DNA of 64,000 nucleotides from Cellvibrionales bacterium (GCA_024639455.1 JAHEIH010000003.1:85276-149275), one strand, 5' to 3'; positions 37,403 through 46,281 are shown, counted from the stretch's first letter. Notes: generated from the letters alone by a model not told the origin. Numbers and translations are program-made.

Positions 37403-38169
37403 AAAAACAGCGAATGCGATCTCAAAAGGGCTTTACATTAGTCGAACTGATCATCTCAGTGGCGCTGGGTATTGCTGCTGTTTCGGCGATTATGTTTTTT
37501 TATATATCAACGTTGAGTAGCAGTTATACCACTTTAAAGAGCAGTAAACTAAATCAAGAGCTTTCTACAGCCATAGCTATAGTCGTGCAAGATATAAAAC
37601 GTGCTGGATTTGTGGGTGGGACCATTGATCCAAAGTTAAATCCATTTAATGAATTCGGAGAGACATCACTTCGTTTATTTGATTCTAATGCCTCAACTAA
37701 GCCAGTTGCTCTTGCTGATATAAATTCTGCTTCTTTCACTACTGCAAATTGGTTTAGCGACTGTGTTTTATTTAGTTATGATCTGGATAAAGACCAAATT
37801 CTTGATGCAGATGAGTACTTTGGTTATCGAATGACTAGTGATGGAGACTTTCAAATTCATCTTTATAACGGAGTGCCTCCAGTAAATAGTTGCGCCAATA
37901 ATGCCAATTGGCAAAGCCTGATTGATAAAGATGAAATCATAGTTACTAACTTTGTTGTTAGTTTGGAGGACTCAAATTGTATAAACGTTGAAGCTTCAAA
38001 ATCATCTGCTGCCTACAATTGTTACATCATCGAGCCATCTATTGGTGACACTACTGTTGAAGAATTAGTTGTAGAGATTACATTAGATGGAAAATTAGTC
38101 GGTGATGATGTTTCGCTATCTCTTAATCAAAGAGCAAAAATTCGAAATCCAATTGTGAGGATTAGGTGA
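37396..38169 (+). CDS. pilW: PilW-like (GspJ-like) type IV pilus minor pilin
   Basis: KG|FTLVELIISVALG prepilin motif. 257 aa. 7-nt overlap with the upstream gene. Confidence 0.7.
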   Translation: MLKKQRMRSQKGFTLVELIISVALGIAAVSAIMFFYISTLSSSYTTLKSSKLNQELSTAIAIVVQDIKRAGFVGGTIDPKLNPFNEFGETSLRLFDSNASTKPVALADINSASFTTANWFSDCVLFSYDLDKDQILDADEYFGYRMTSDGDFQIHLYNGVPPVNSCANNANWQSLIDKDEIIVTNFVVSLEDSNCINVEASKSSAAYNCYIIEPSIGDTTVEELVVEITLDGKLVGDDVSLSLNQRAKIRNPIVRIR

Positions 38170-39458
38170 TGAAAAGCTCTCAACATGGAGCGGCAACGTT
38201 AATATTTTCTATCGTTGTATTGCTACTCGTAACATTTGTGACATTGTCAACCTCAACCTCTATTATTTCAGAACTAAAAATCGGTAATAATGATTATCGA
38301 TCCAAGCAGGCTTTCGAGGCAGCAGAAGCCGGTATTGCTGAAATTTTTCGGTTATTTGCAGAAGGAAAGCGTCCAGCTGTAGCTGGCGGTATGTTTGGGA
38401 CAATATCTTCGCCTCTCAACTCAGATACCCTAACGTTTACAAATTCTCTTGGTCAAATTTTTACAGCAAACCTTTCTGTTGATGGTGATTTTAATTTAAC
38501 GTCTGTTGGTTTTTCTGATGATTTGAGTGCAACAAAAACAATTACCATACGCGCTGCACTTCCTACGGCGATTAACAATTTACCTGAAAACCCGCTTACT
38601 GCAAGGGGTGCTGTAAATATAGGTGGTGCAGCAAATATCTATAATTCCGAAGGCGCGAGCACAATCTGGGCCGGGGGCGATGTTGCCGCAGGTGTAGGCA
38701 GGACTTATATTGCAAACCCTTCAACATCCGGTCGAAGTGTTACCCATTCATCTCCAGCAGTGGTGCCTGTTCCAGATGCTAATGGAGTTGGAGGCGTATC
38801 TAATTGTTCTGGTCAAACATGCACATTACTTCCTTATCCTCAGTGTCTTGAATATTCATTAACATGTGAATTGACCAAGGCTTCTGACGGAGAAAATGGT
38901 GTAGATGTCATTTCAAATGACAGTGCCTTAGCAGAATTGTCAAAAGATGAGGTTTTTATTAACTACACAGGAGAACCGCCGTCTCAGTTTAGAAATCAAA
39001 CAGCTAACGTTATTAGTTCTTATTCGAATTTTAATGATTTTTACACGAATAATCCCGATGACTCCGTTCAAAGAATAATATGGTTTGATGGAGATTCCTC
39101 TTCCTCGGGTGGTCCTACATTTGGTTGTTCGATTGATATGTCGGGTAACGATGGTGGTACGCAATATACAGAAGCTTTAACACGGTGTGAGTTGGGTGGC
39201 GGAACATTAAATCCTGTAATGATTGTTGTTGATGGCGATTTAACAGTTGCGGGTAACCTTTACATCTTCGGCGCATTAATCGTTCTGGGTGATCTAAAAG
39301 GAAGCGGTTCTGTTGATGTTACTGGTGCACTAGTCGTTACAGGAAGTGCTGCAGAAAGTGGCTCAAAGGATATTAGATTTAGTTCCAGGGCACTTCAGTT
39401 GATCAACGAGAATGCGGTAACGCCATATGCAGCATCAGGTGGCTGGAGTGATTTTTAG
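38166..39458 (+). CDS. pilX: PilX-like (GspK-like) minor pilin, long form
   Basis: PilX_N-type N-terminus QHGAATLIFSIVVLLLVTFVTLS...YRSKQAFEAAEAGIAE. 430 aa. The start overlaps the pilW stop. Confidence 0.7.
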   Translation: MMKSSQHGAATLIFSIVVLLLVTFVTLSTSTSIISELKIGNNDYRSKQAFEAAEAGIAEIFRLFAEGKRPAVAGGMFGTISSPLNSDTLTFTNSLGQIFTANLSVDGDFNLTSVGFSDDLSATKTITIRAALPTAINNLPENPLTARGAVNIGGAANIYNSEGASTIWAGGDVAAGVGRTYIANPSTSGRSVTHSSPAVVPVPDANGVGGVSNCSGQTCTLLPYPQCLEYSLTCELTKASDGENGVDVISNDSALAELSKDEVFINYTGEPPSQFRNQTANVISSYSNFNDFYTNNPDDSVQRIIWFDGDSSSSGGPTFGCSIDMSGNDGGTQYTEALTRCELGGGTLNPVMIVVDGDLTVAGNLYIFGALIVLGDLKGSGSVDVTGALVVTGSAAESGSKDIRFSSRALQLINENAVTPYAASGGWSDF

Positions 39459-39467
39459 GAGTTCTTT

Positions 39468-42356
39468 ATGAAAATATCAAGATCCTCTGGCTTTGGGCTT
39501 ATTGAAGTTATTATTGCTGTGGTAATTGTCTCATTTGGGGTTTTAGCCGTTGGGAAATTGCAAACTTCACTAATCTCTAGTAGTGCTGACTCCAAAGCAA
39601 GAAGTGAGGCGTTGGTTATTGCGCAAGCTCGTATGGAGTTGATGCGTGATTTTGCTTTTCTGACTGATACAGCCTCTAATTTTGTCGATGCTGAATCTTT
39701 CGGTGTAGCTTTTCTGGATGAATTTTCTTCAGGTGGTACTTATCAGGCTTATGGTACAAATGCAGTTTTCATAGTTAAGGATATTACTAGTGCTAATGGA
39801 AATTCTGTTAATGCAGAAGTATTGGTTAGCTGGGTAGCAAGTGATGCTGAGTTACAGTCTGTGAGCGTTAGCTCGGAAATTACCTATACAGATCCTGCAG
39901 GTACCTCTTATGAAGAGAAAGATAAGATTGAACCTTTTGTAGATGCACCAACTGGGAGGGCATTTATTGGTAAAGGTATAGTTGATGATTATTTAACAGC
40001 CGAAGATTGTGGCGGTCCTTGTGGTGATAATGTAGATGGTACTAAAGTGCTTGCTGTAGCAAGCAGTGGCGAGGAAACGACATCAAACCTTTTACTTGCG
40101 GTTGGAGATGACGTGGTACTAACCCTTGAGGAAGCTTGTGAAAGAACGATTTCTACTGATGCTCAAACGAGTGAAGAAAGTACCTATTTTTGTACAGATT
40201 TTGTGACGGTCTCTGGTCGGGTATATATACATGAGGATTATGATGCAAATCTACCTAGCCAGCATTTTGTCCTAGCATCGGATGCCGCTTTTTGTGCGAG
40301 ATACTTCACAAATGGTGAAGGAAATGTTGTTACTTTTGAGTCAGATACAAGCGTAGAAGGTTACTCTGGTCAAAAAACAATTGAGTTTAATGATTTAAAA
40401 AACAACCCATCTTCAGACTTTAGGTTTTTCGAATATACCTGTTATCTTGGCGGCGGTTGGCATGGAAATATTGGTGTTCTTTTTGATGAAGCTGATAACA
40501 AGCAGTTGGTTTGTGTTGGGGATCCTTCAAGTTCAGAAAATCCAGTAAGTAATCAATCACGTCGTGCCTACAGAGGAATGTTGTGGCGTTACTCTGAGAG
40601 CGATGTTGATAAAGCGCCTATTTTGTATCGTGCGGATGACAATGATGTAAAAGAACTAGATTTAGATGCCATTGTTGGTACTGTTAGGTATCACTCATGG
40701 GGTATTGCAGATGCCGCAGTGTTTCCAGGGGACATAACTGCTGAAACAGTTTTGAATCAAAAGAAACATGACTTTTTTGTTGCGGCTACTGATATTTCAG
40801 GTGTTTCTGGTTGTGCAGATGTCGCCGCTTTAGAACCGTCGCTTTTAGATAATAATAACGACGAGTTTTTCTGTTTAAATGAAGCAATGGTTGGTGCGGT
40901 AGGTATAGCTATTGAAGGATCTGCAGGTGGCTATAATTCCAGCCTAGATAGTGTTAGATATGACGACTTGGTTGAAAATGAGCGCGGTAGCTTTTATAAC
41001 CGGTTTTATGGCGAGTGTCCTTATGACCCAACAACCCCACCAAATTTTTTATACGTACTAAAAGGAAAATTTGTAGTAACTGGAGGTAATATTTTAGGTG
41101 GATCTTCAGATTTCCTTAATGCTGTGCTTGATGTAACAACTAGTAAAGGGAACAATTGTCAATTAACTGATGAAAGTTTTGATTTATCTTCAAGCGGTGG
41201 ATTTGACCTGGATTCATCTACAACATCGGATTCAACTGATTACGTCGCTTACTTTAGATGCAATTTATATGACCCCGGAGAAGAGCAAGGTGTTAACCTC
41301 AATCCTCTTGGTTGGGATGGCACTGTTGATGTTGTCATTGATGAGGCATCATCAGAGAATTTCACTTGTGAAACTGATGAAATTTCTTTAAGTAATATAA
41401 CTGCAGATCTTGAGGATCAATTGCTCAAATGTTCCTTGGATGTGGATATTGTGGTTGCGGAAGATGATTCAGTTGCTGTCCTTGAAGGTGGAGAGCAAAA
41501 TTATGTTCTGGGTGCAACTAGCATTACCGCTTTTGAAATAGATGTTTTAGCAAATGACACTTATCCGGGTGATTCACCAGTAATAACAAACGTATCGCTA
41601 ATTTCTGAATCACCTGATCCGGCTTTCAGTGGAAACGTTTATGCTGGTGTTGTTGAGGGCGGAAGTGGATATAGAGTCTACTATTCTCCATCAGCTTCAT
41701 ACTTGGGGCTAACTCAAATTACTTACACTATGAAGGAGAGTGAACTAGCGTTATCTTCCTATTCGGCTACGGTCACGATTAACGTAACATCTTCTGACAA
41801 CCCTGTTTATGCTGTTGATGATAGTGGTTACTTTGTAGCATCGGGCGCAACTTATGTTGCTATCCCGATCGTTGAACTCCTCTCGAACGACTCAGTACTA
41901 GATGGTGTTGCTTCAGTGGAGATAGAAGGTGACATTTACGATTCATCTGATACTTACAATTTTGTTCCCGAAATAAATTTTGGTTTAGACGAGTTTAATT
42001 ATTTAGTCTCTGATTCTGATGATGATAATGATTCGGCAACGGTTTATGTTGAGGTTAGAAAGAAATTTGTATTAGAAGTCCCATTAAATATTTTATCTGG
42101 TCAACTTAAATCGGTAGCTTCAACAGCAGGTGGTGCTTCTTGTGGTGACTGGGATACTTCAGATAAATGTTATTCTCCAGATGTATCAGAGCCTTGGTCA
42201 GGGACTGTTACAATTACTGCAAAATCTGCTAACTCTAGATTATGTGTGAACGGTAATAAATACGTTTCATATGATATAACGTTTACTGATATCACTGATG
42301 ATGCAACTTCAAATGTTGACATTTCATTAGTGTCAAACAACAAAGCTTGTCCATAG
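39468..42356 (+). CDS. pilV: giant PilV-like (GspI-like) minor pilin fused to a ~800-aa Cys-rich, cadherin-like adhesin extension
   Basis: N-terminus SSG|FGLIEVIIAVVIVSFGVLAVGKLQ plus a ~140-aa PilV-like core, then an uninterrupted ORF to 962 aa. 18 Cys, all after residue ~180. Two cadherin-like modules. AGGAG RBS. Confidence 0.75.
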   Translation: MKISRSSGFGLIEVIIAVVIVSFGVLAVGKLQTSLISSSADSKARSEALVIAQARMELMRDFAFLTDTASNFVDAESFGVAFLDEFSSGGTYQAYGTNAVFIVKDITSANGNSVNAEVLVSWVASDAELQSVSVSSEITYTDPAGTSYEEKDKIEPFVDAPTGRAFIGKGIVDDYLTAEDCGGPCGDNVDGTKVLAVASSGEETTSNLLLAVGDDVVLTLEEACERTISTDAQTSEESTYFCTDFVTVSGRVYIHEDYDANLPSQHFVLASDAAFCARYFTNGEGNVVTFESDTSVEGYSGQKTIEFNDLKNNPSSDFRFFEYTCYLGGGWHGNIGVLFDEADNKQLVCVGDPSSSENPVSNQSRRAYRGMLWRYSESDVDKAPILYRADDNDVKELDLDAIVGTVRYHSWGIADAAVFPGDITAETVLNQKKHDFFVAATDISGVSGCADVAALEPSLLDNNNDEFFCLNEAMVGAVGIAIEGSAGGYNSSLDSVRYDDLVENERGSFYNRFYGECPYDPTTPPNFLYVLKGKFVVTGGNILGGSSDFLNAVLDVTTSKGNNCQLTDESFDLSSSGGFDLDSSTTSDSTDYVAYFRCNLYDPGEEQGVNLNPLGWDGTVDVVIDEASSENFTCETDEISLSNITADLEDQLLKCSLDVDIVVAEDDSVAVLEGGEQNYVLGATSITAFEIDVLANDTYPGDSPVITNVSLISESPDPAFSGNVYAGVVEGGSGYRVYYSPSASYLGLTQITYTMKESELALSSYSATVTINVTSSDNPVYAVDDSGYFVASGATYVAIPIVELLSNDSVLDGVASVEIEGDIYDSSDTYNFVPEINFGLDEFNYLVSDSDDDNDSATVYVEVRKKFVLEVPLNILSGQLKSVASTAGGASCGDWDTSDKCYSPDVSEPWSGTVTITAKSANSRLCVNGNKYVSYDITFTDITDDATSNVDISLVSNNKACP
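41445..42056 (+). repeat. two tandem cadherin-like/bacterial Ig-like modules inside the giant PilV-like CDS
   Basis: Module 1 (41445-41798): VAEDDS...IDVLANDTYPGD...LTQITYTM...SATVTINV. Module 2 (41799-42056): YAVDDS...VELLSNDSVLDG...LDEFNYLV...SATVYVEV. The same motif order occurs in both. Confidence 0.6.
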
Positions 42357-42368
42357 GCGTTAATTTTT

Positions 42369-42770
42369 ATGAGAAGACAAACTGGTATTACTTTGTTAGA
42401 GCTAATGATAGTTGTTGCCATCATTGGTATATTGGCTGGGATTGCCTACCCATCTTATCAAAGCTCAGTGTTAAAAAGCCGTCGTGTTGAAGCCCACACT
42501 GATTTGTTTGCGCTTCAACTAGCAATGGAAAAAGCCAGGGGAAATTGTGCGACATATGCCTCAGCTTTTGGTACGGGTGGTTGTGCTTCTTCACAGGTTA
42601 ATTACACCGCGAATTCAAGTTACTACACATTATCGATTTCTGGAGCTTCTGGCGGCGACTACAAGCTGACTGCAACAGCTACTGGTGCCCAGGCCAGTGA
42701 CACTGACTGTGCTACGATCACGCTAACTCGTGACGGCACTCAAGGTGGCACTACTGCGAACTGCTGGTAA
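42369..42770 (+). CDS. pilE: PilE-like type IV pilin
   Basis: TG|ITLLELMIVVAIIGILAGIAYPSYQ. 133 aa with C-terminal Cys pair (DCATITL...NCW). Confidence 0.8.
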   Translation: MRRQTGITLLELMIVVAIIGILAGIAYPSYQSSVLKSRRVEAHTDLFALQLAMEKARGNCATYASAFGTGGCASSQVNYTANSSYYTLSISGASGGDYKLTATATGAQASDTDCATITLTRDGTQGGTTANCW

Positions 42771-43337
42771 TCAACACACCACATTATCCCCATCGACGGC
42801 ATTGACTATGCCGTCGCCATCTTCATCCTTGGCATCTCTCGCTCGGCCCATGCGGCTAATAATCAACCTTGTGGCATAAATCACATCCGCATGTCCTGGG
42901 CAGTACGTTATATGACCAAACTCTTTCACCGTGCCGTTGGGGCGGTGTCTAATATAGTGCCTGCCCACACTCATATTGAACAATACCTGCGCTTCGGCAT
43001 CGTCTAGCTTGGCAAATTCAACCGTTTCGCCGGGGTCGGCCTTGCGGTTTAGGTTTTTATCTTTAAACACCATGATCGTTTTATGTGCGCGGCGATTGCA
43101 GCTGTAAAGGTCATCACTGAAGCAGGTGGTGATTTCGGCATTTTGGGCGATGGCGTAGGCTCTGGCGAAGCGAATGGTTTGGGTGATGCGTTCGGTATCG
43201 GCGTCGCTGCGGGCGCGTTTGAACATGTTTTGGAAGCTAGGCACACCAATGTTGAGCAAGATCGCGAGTATGGCTACGGTGATGACCATTTCTATCAGGG
43301 TAAAGCCGCTCGCTTCGTGTGTCGTGCGCATCGTCAC
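42771..43337 (-). CDS. GspH/FimT-family minor pilin (fimT-like by position next to pilR)
   Basis: SG|FTLIEMVITVAILAILLNIGVPSF. 188 aa. Its stop codon abuts the pilE stop with no intergenic base. Confidence 0.8.
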   Translation of the reverse strand: MTMRTTHEASGFTLIEMVITVAILAILLNIGVPSFQNMFKRARSDADTERITQTIRFARAYAIAQNAEITTCFSDDLYSCNRRAHKTIMVFKDKNLNRKADPGETVEFAKLDDAEAQVLFNMSVGRHYIRHRPNGTVKEFGHITYCPGHADVIYATRLIISRMGRARDAKDEDGDGIVNAVDGDNVVC

Positions 43338-43406
43338 ATTCCTTGTGGTTGATCCTTTGATCAGCCTAGGAAATAGGGATGCGGAAATCTGCTGTCCTGT
43401 GGGACG

Positions 43407-44795
43407 TTATTCGATACCGAGTTTTTCGAGGCGGTAGCGCAGTGAGCGGAAGGTGAGGCCAAGTTTTTTGGCCGCGGCGGTGCGGTTCCAGCGGCAGGCG
43501 TCGAGAGTATCGGTGATGAGCTTTTTCTCAACTTCTCCAAGGTAGGCTTCAAGGTCGATATAGGCTTCGCCATCTTCGTTAATGTGTTGTTGCGGTGTCG
43601 GAAACGGGGCCTTTGCCTTTGCATTAGTGGCTGGTGTCTCCAACCTAGCGGCTTTTTGTAATTGGCTGTAGGCGTTGTTATTGAGCTGCAAGTCGTCTGT
43701 GTTTATCGTTTCGCCATCGCACAGGGCCACGGCGCGCTCAAGGATATTTTCTAGCTCGCGAATGTTACCTGGGAAGTCGTACTCGTGCAGGGCATGCAGG
43801 GCTTCTTGGCTGAGCAGGGTGTCGCTGTGACCCATTTTGGCGAGAATGTGTTTGGCCAGCAAGGGTATGTCGGCTTTGCGTTGGCGTAGCGCGGGGACGT
43901 TAATTTCGATGACATTCAAACGGAAAAACAAGTCGGCGCGGAATTGACCGTCGGCGACAAGCTGAGTCAAATCCTTGTGGGTTGCGCTCAACAGCCTTAC
44001 ATCCACATCAATTTCGCTGTGGCTTCCCACTGGCCTTACCTTTTTCTCTTGAATGGCGCGCAGCAATTTAACCTGCATATTAAGCGGCAGGTCGGCGATC
44101 TCATCGAGAAAAAGGGTGCCACCATTGGCCGCCTCGAACAATCCAGGTTTGTCGCTATTGGCGCCGGTAAAGGCCCCTTTTTTGTGGCCGAAAAATTCGC
44201 TTTCCATGAGTTCGCTGGGAATGGCGCCGCAGTTAATCGGTACAAACGGGCCGTCTTTGCGTGCGCCCATGTTATGTACCAGTCGCGCCACTAATTCTTT
44301 GCCACTGCCGGATTCGCCATGGATAAAAACGGGAGCTTGGTTGCGCGCCACTTTGGCAATGGTGTCGCGCAAGGCCTTGATGTTGGCTGCTTCGCCCAGC
44401 AGTTGTTGGCTGGCATCTAGGGGAGGAGTAACGGCGGATTTTAGGGCGCTTTCGACCAGTTTTTTAAGCCGAGGCATTTCCACTGGTTTATTCAGAAAAT
44501 CAAACGCGCCAAGTTTGAGAGCGTCGATGGCGGTTTCGACATCGCCATGGGCAGTGATCATGGCAATGGGTAGGCCTGGGCAGTGTTGCTGGCCATATTT
44601 GATCACGTCTATACCATCACCGTCCGGCAATCGCATGTCGGTAAGGCAAAGGTCATAGCGGTTGTTGGCCAATTTGTTGACGGCCGCGCGAACGCAGTTA
44701 GCGGTGTCTACGGTCAGCCCCATGCGAGACATGGTCATGCCCAGTAGTTCCAGCAGGTCGGGTTCGTCGTCGATAATCAATACGTGTTGAGACAT
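43407..44795 (-). CDS. pilR: sigma-54-dependent response regulator PilR
   Basis: REC (LIIDDEPD...LTDMRLPDG), AAA+ (GESGSGKE, GAFTGA) and a C-terminal Fis-type HTH. Located in the pil locus. Confidence 0.9.
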   Translation of the reverse strand: MSQHVLIIDDEPDLLELLGMTMSRMGLTVDTANCVRAAVNKLANNRYDLCLTDMRLPDGDGIDVIKYGQQHCPGLPIAMITAHGDVETAIDALKLGAFDFLNKPVEMPRLKKLVESALKSAVTPPLDASQQLLGEAANIKALRDTIAKVARNQAPVFIHGESGSGKELVARLVHNMGARKDGPFVPINCGAIPSELMESEFFGHKKGAFTGANSDKPGLFEAANGGTLFLDEIADLPLNMQVKLLRAIQEKKVRPVGSHSEIDVDVRLLSATHKDLTQLVADGQFRADLFFRLNVIEINVPALRQRKADIPLLAKHILAKMGHSDTLLSQEALHALHEYDFPGNIRELENILERAVALCDGETINTDDLQLNNNAYSQLQKAARLETPATNAKAKAPFPTPQQHINEDGEAYIDLEAYLGEVEKKLITDTLDACRWNRTAAAKKLGLTFRSLRYRLEKLGIE

Positions 44796-44901
44796 GCTTC
44801 GATTATAGCGTCTAATTTGCGTGATATCCCAGTGCTTTATAGAACGCGTTTAAAAGCATTATTACTGGTATACTGCGTGCAATTATTTAAGGCTAAGTGT
44901 T

Positions 44902-46281
44902 ATGTCTACTCCGTTTACTTCGCTGCCGCTACCCGCGGAACAACTCGCCGTTATTGCATCGCTAGGTTTTGATGTGATGACGCCCATCCAGCAGCAAAGC
45001 CTACCTGAAAGTCTGCAAGGTAAAGATGTCTTGGCCCAGGCGCCTACCGGTAGCGGTAAAACGGTGGCTTTTAGTTTGCCTTTGATTCAGAACCTGAAGC
45101 CACGCTCTTTCGCCGTGCAAGCCTTGGTGCTTTGTCCAACGCGTGAACTGGCGGGGCAGGTGGCGGATGAAATTCGTCGTTTGGCAAAATACCCTGGCAA
45201 TATCAAGGTGCTTACACTGTGCGGTGGGCAACCCATAGGTCCGCAGATTGGCTCGTTAGCCCATGGTGCTCATGTCATTGTAGGCACGCCTGGCCGTGTG
45301 TCGGACCATTTGCGGAAGAAAACCTTGGATCTTGCGAACGTTAATACGCTGGTCTTGGACGAAGCGGATCGGATGCTCGATATGGGGTTTAAGGATGATA
45401 TTCTCGCTATCGTCGCGCATACGCCCAAAGATCGCCAGTCACTGTTGTTCTCGGCGACTTACCCAAGTGATATTAAAGCGATGTCGGCGGAGGTGTTAAA
45501 TTCACCGCTACAGGTCAAGGTAAGTGCCGATGACGAAGCGCATACCGATATTGAGCAGCGCGTTTATCAAAAAGCTAGTCTTGATGATTTGCAGGCGCTA
45601 CTTGGGGTATTGAGCCACTACCAACCCGAAGCTGGCATTATCTTTTGTAATACCCGTGAGCAATGTAACGACCTGGGCGTCGACCTCAAGGCGCATGGCG
45701 TGAACGCCGGCGTACTGCACGGCGATATGGAGCAGCGCCAGCGCGACCAAATTTTGATTCGCTTTGCCAATGGTTCACTGCGCTTTTTGATCGCCACGGA
45801 CGTGGCGGCCCGCGGTTTAGATATTCCCCAAGTCGACTTGGTAATCAATGATGGCCTGCCACGAGACTTAGATGTTTTTACCCATCGCAGTGGTCGCACA
45901 GGCCGAGCGGGGCGCAAAGGGCTGGTGGTGTCGGTGATAGCCCCCAAGGAAACCCATAAACTAGAGCGCATCAATGATCAGTTTGGTATACATTTACACG
46001 CGGAACCTGCACCTGCTGTGGATATTTATCGCTTGTCGGAACTCAAGCCCACCATGCGCACGCTGGAAATCGATCGCGGGCGCAAGCACAAGATGCGCCC
46101 TGGCGATATTGTTGGCGCGTTGACGGCCACCAAAGAGATTGCTGGTGGTGATATTGGGCAGATAAACCTTCAGGATATGGCGAGCTACGTCGCGCTACCC
46201 AAGCGACTGGCGGATAAAGGGGTGGAGATACTGCGTTCTCGCCCAATTAAGGGGCGCGGTGTCAGGGCGCGTAAAATCTAA
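44902..46281 (+). CDS. dbpA: ATP-dependent RNA helicase DbpA
   Basis: AQAPTGSGKT, DEAD, SAT and HRSGRTGRAG motifs, plus the DbpA-type C-terminal RNA-binding domain (MRPGDIVGALT). Confidence 0.9.
   Translation: MSTPFTSLPLPAEQLAVIASLGFDVMTPIQQQSLPESLQGKDVLAQAPTGSGKTVAFSLPLIQNLKPRSFAVQALVLCPTRELAGQVADEIRRLAKYPGNIKVLTLCGGQPIGPQIGSLAHGAHVIVGTPGRVSDHLRKKTLDLANVNTLVLDEADRMLDMGFKDDILAIVAHTPKDRQSLLFSATYPSDIKAMSAEVLNSPLQVKVSADDEAHTDIEQRVYQKASLDDLQALLGVLSHYQPEAGIIFCNTREQCNDLGVDLKAHGVNAGVLHGDMEQRQRDQILIRFANGSLRFLIATDVAARGLDIPQVDLVINDGLPRDLDVFTHRSGRTGRAGRKGLVVSVIAPKETHKLERINDQFGIHLHAEPAPAVDIYRLSELKPTMRTLEIDRGRKHKMRPGDIVGALTATKEIAGGDIGQINLQDMASYVALPKRLADKGVEILRSRPIKGRGVRARKI

Noticed and set aside
43338-43406. 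The 69-nt gap between pilR and the FimT-like gene, checked for a sigma-54 promoter or a terminator.
   Set aside because: No GG-N10-GC element and no stable hairpin with a T-run is present. Read-through from pilR cannot be excluded, and no feature could be supported.
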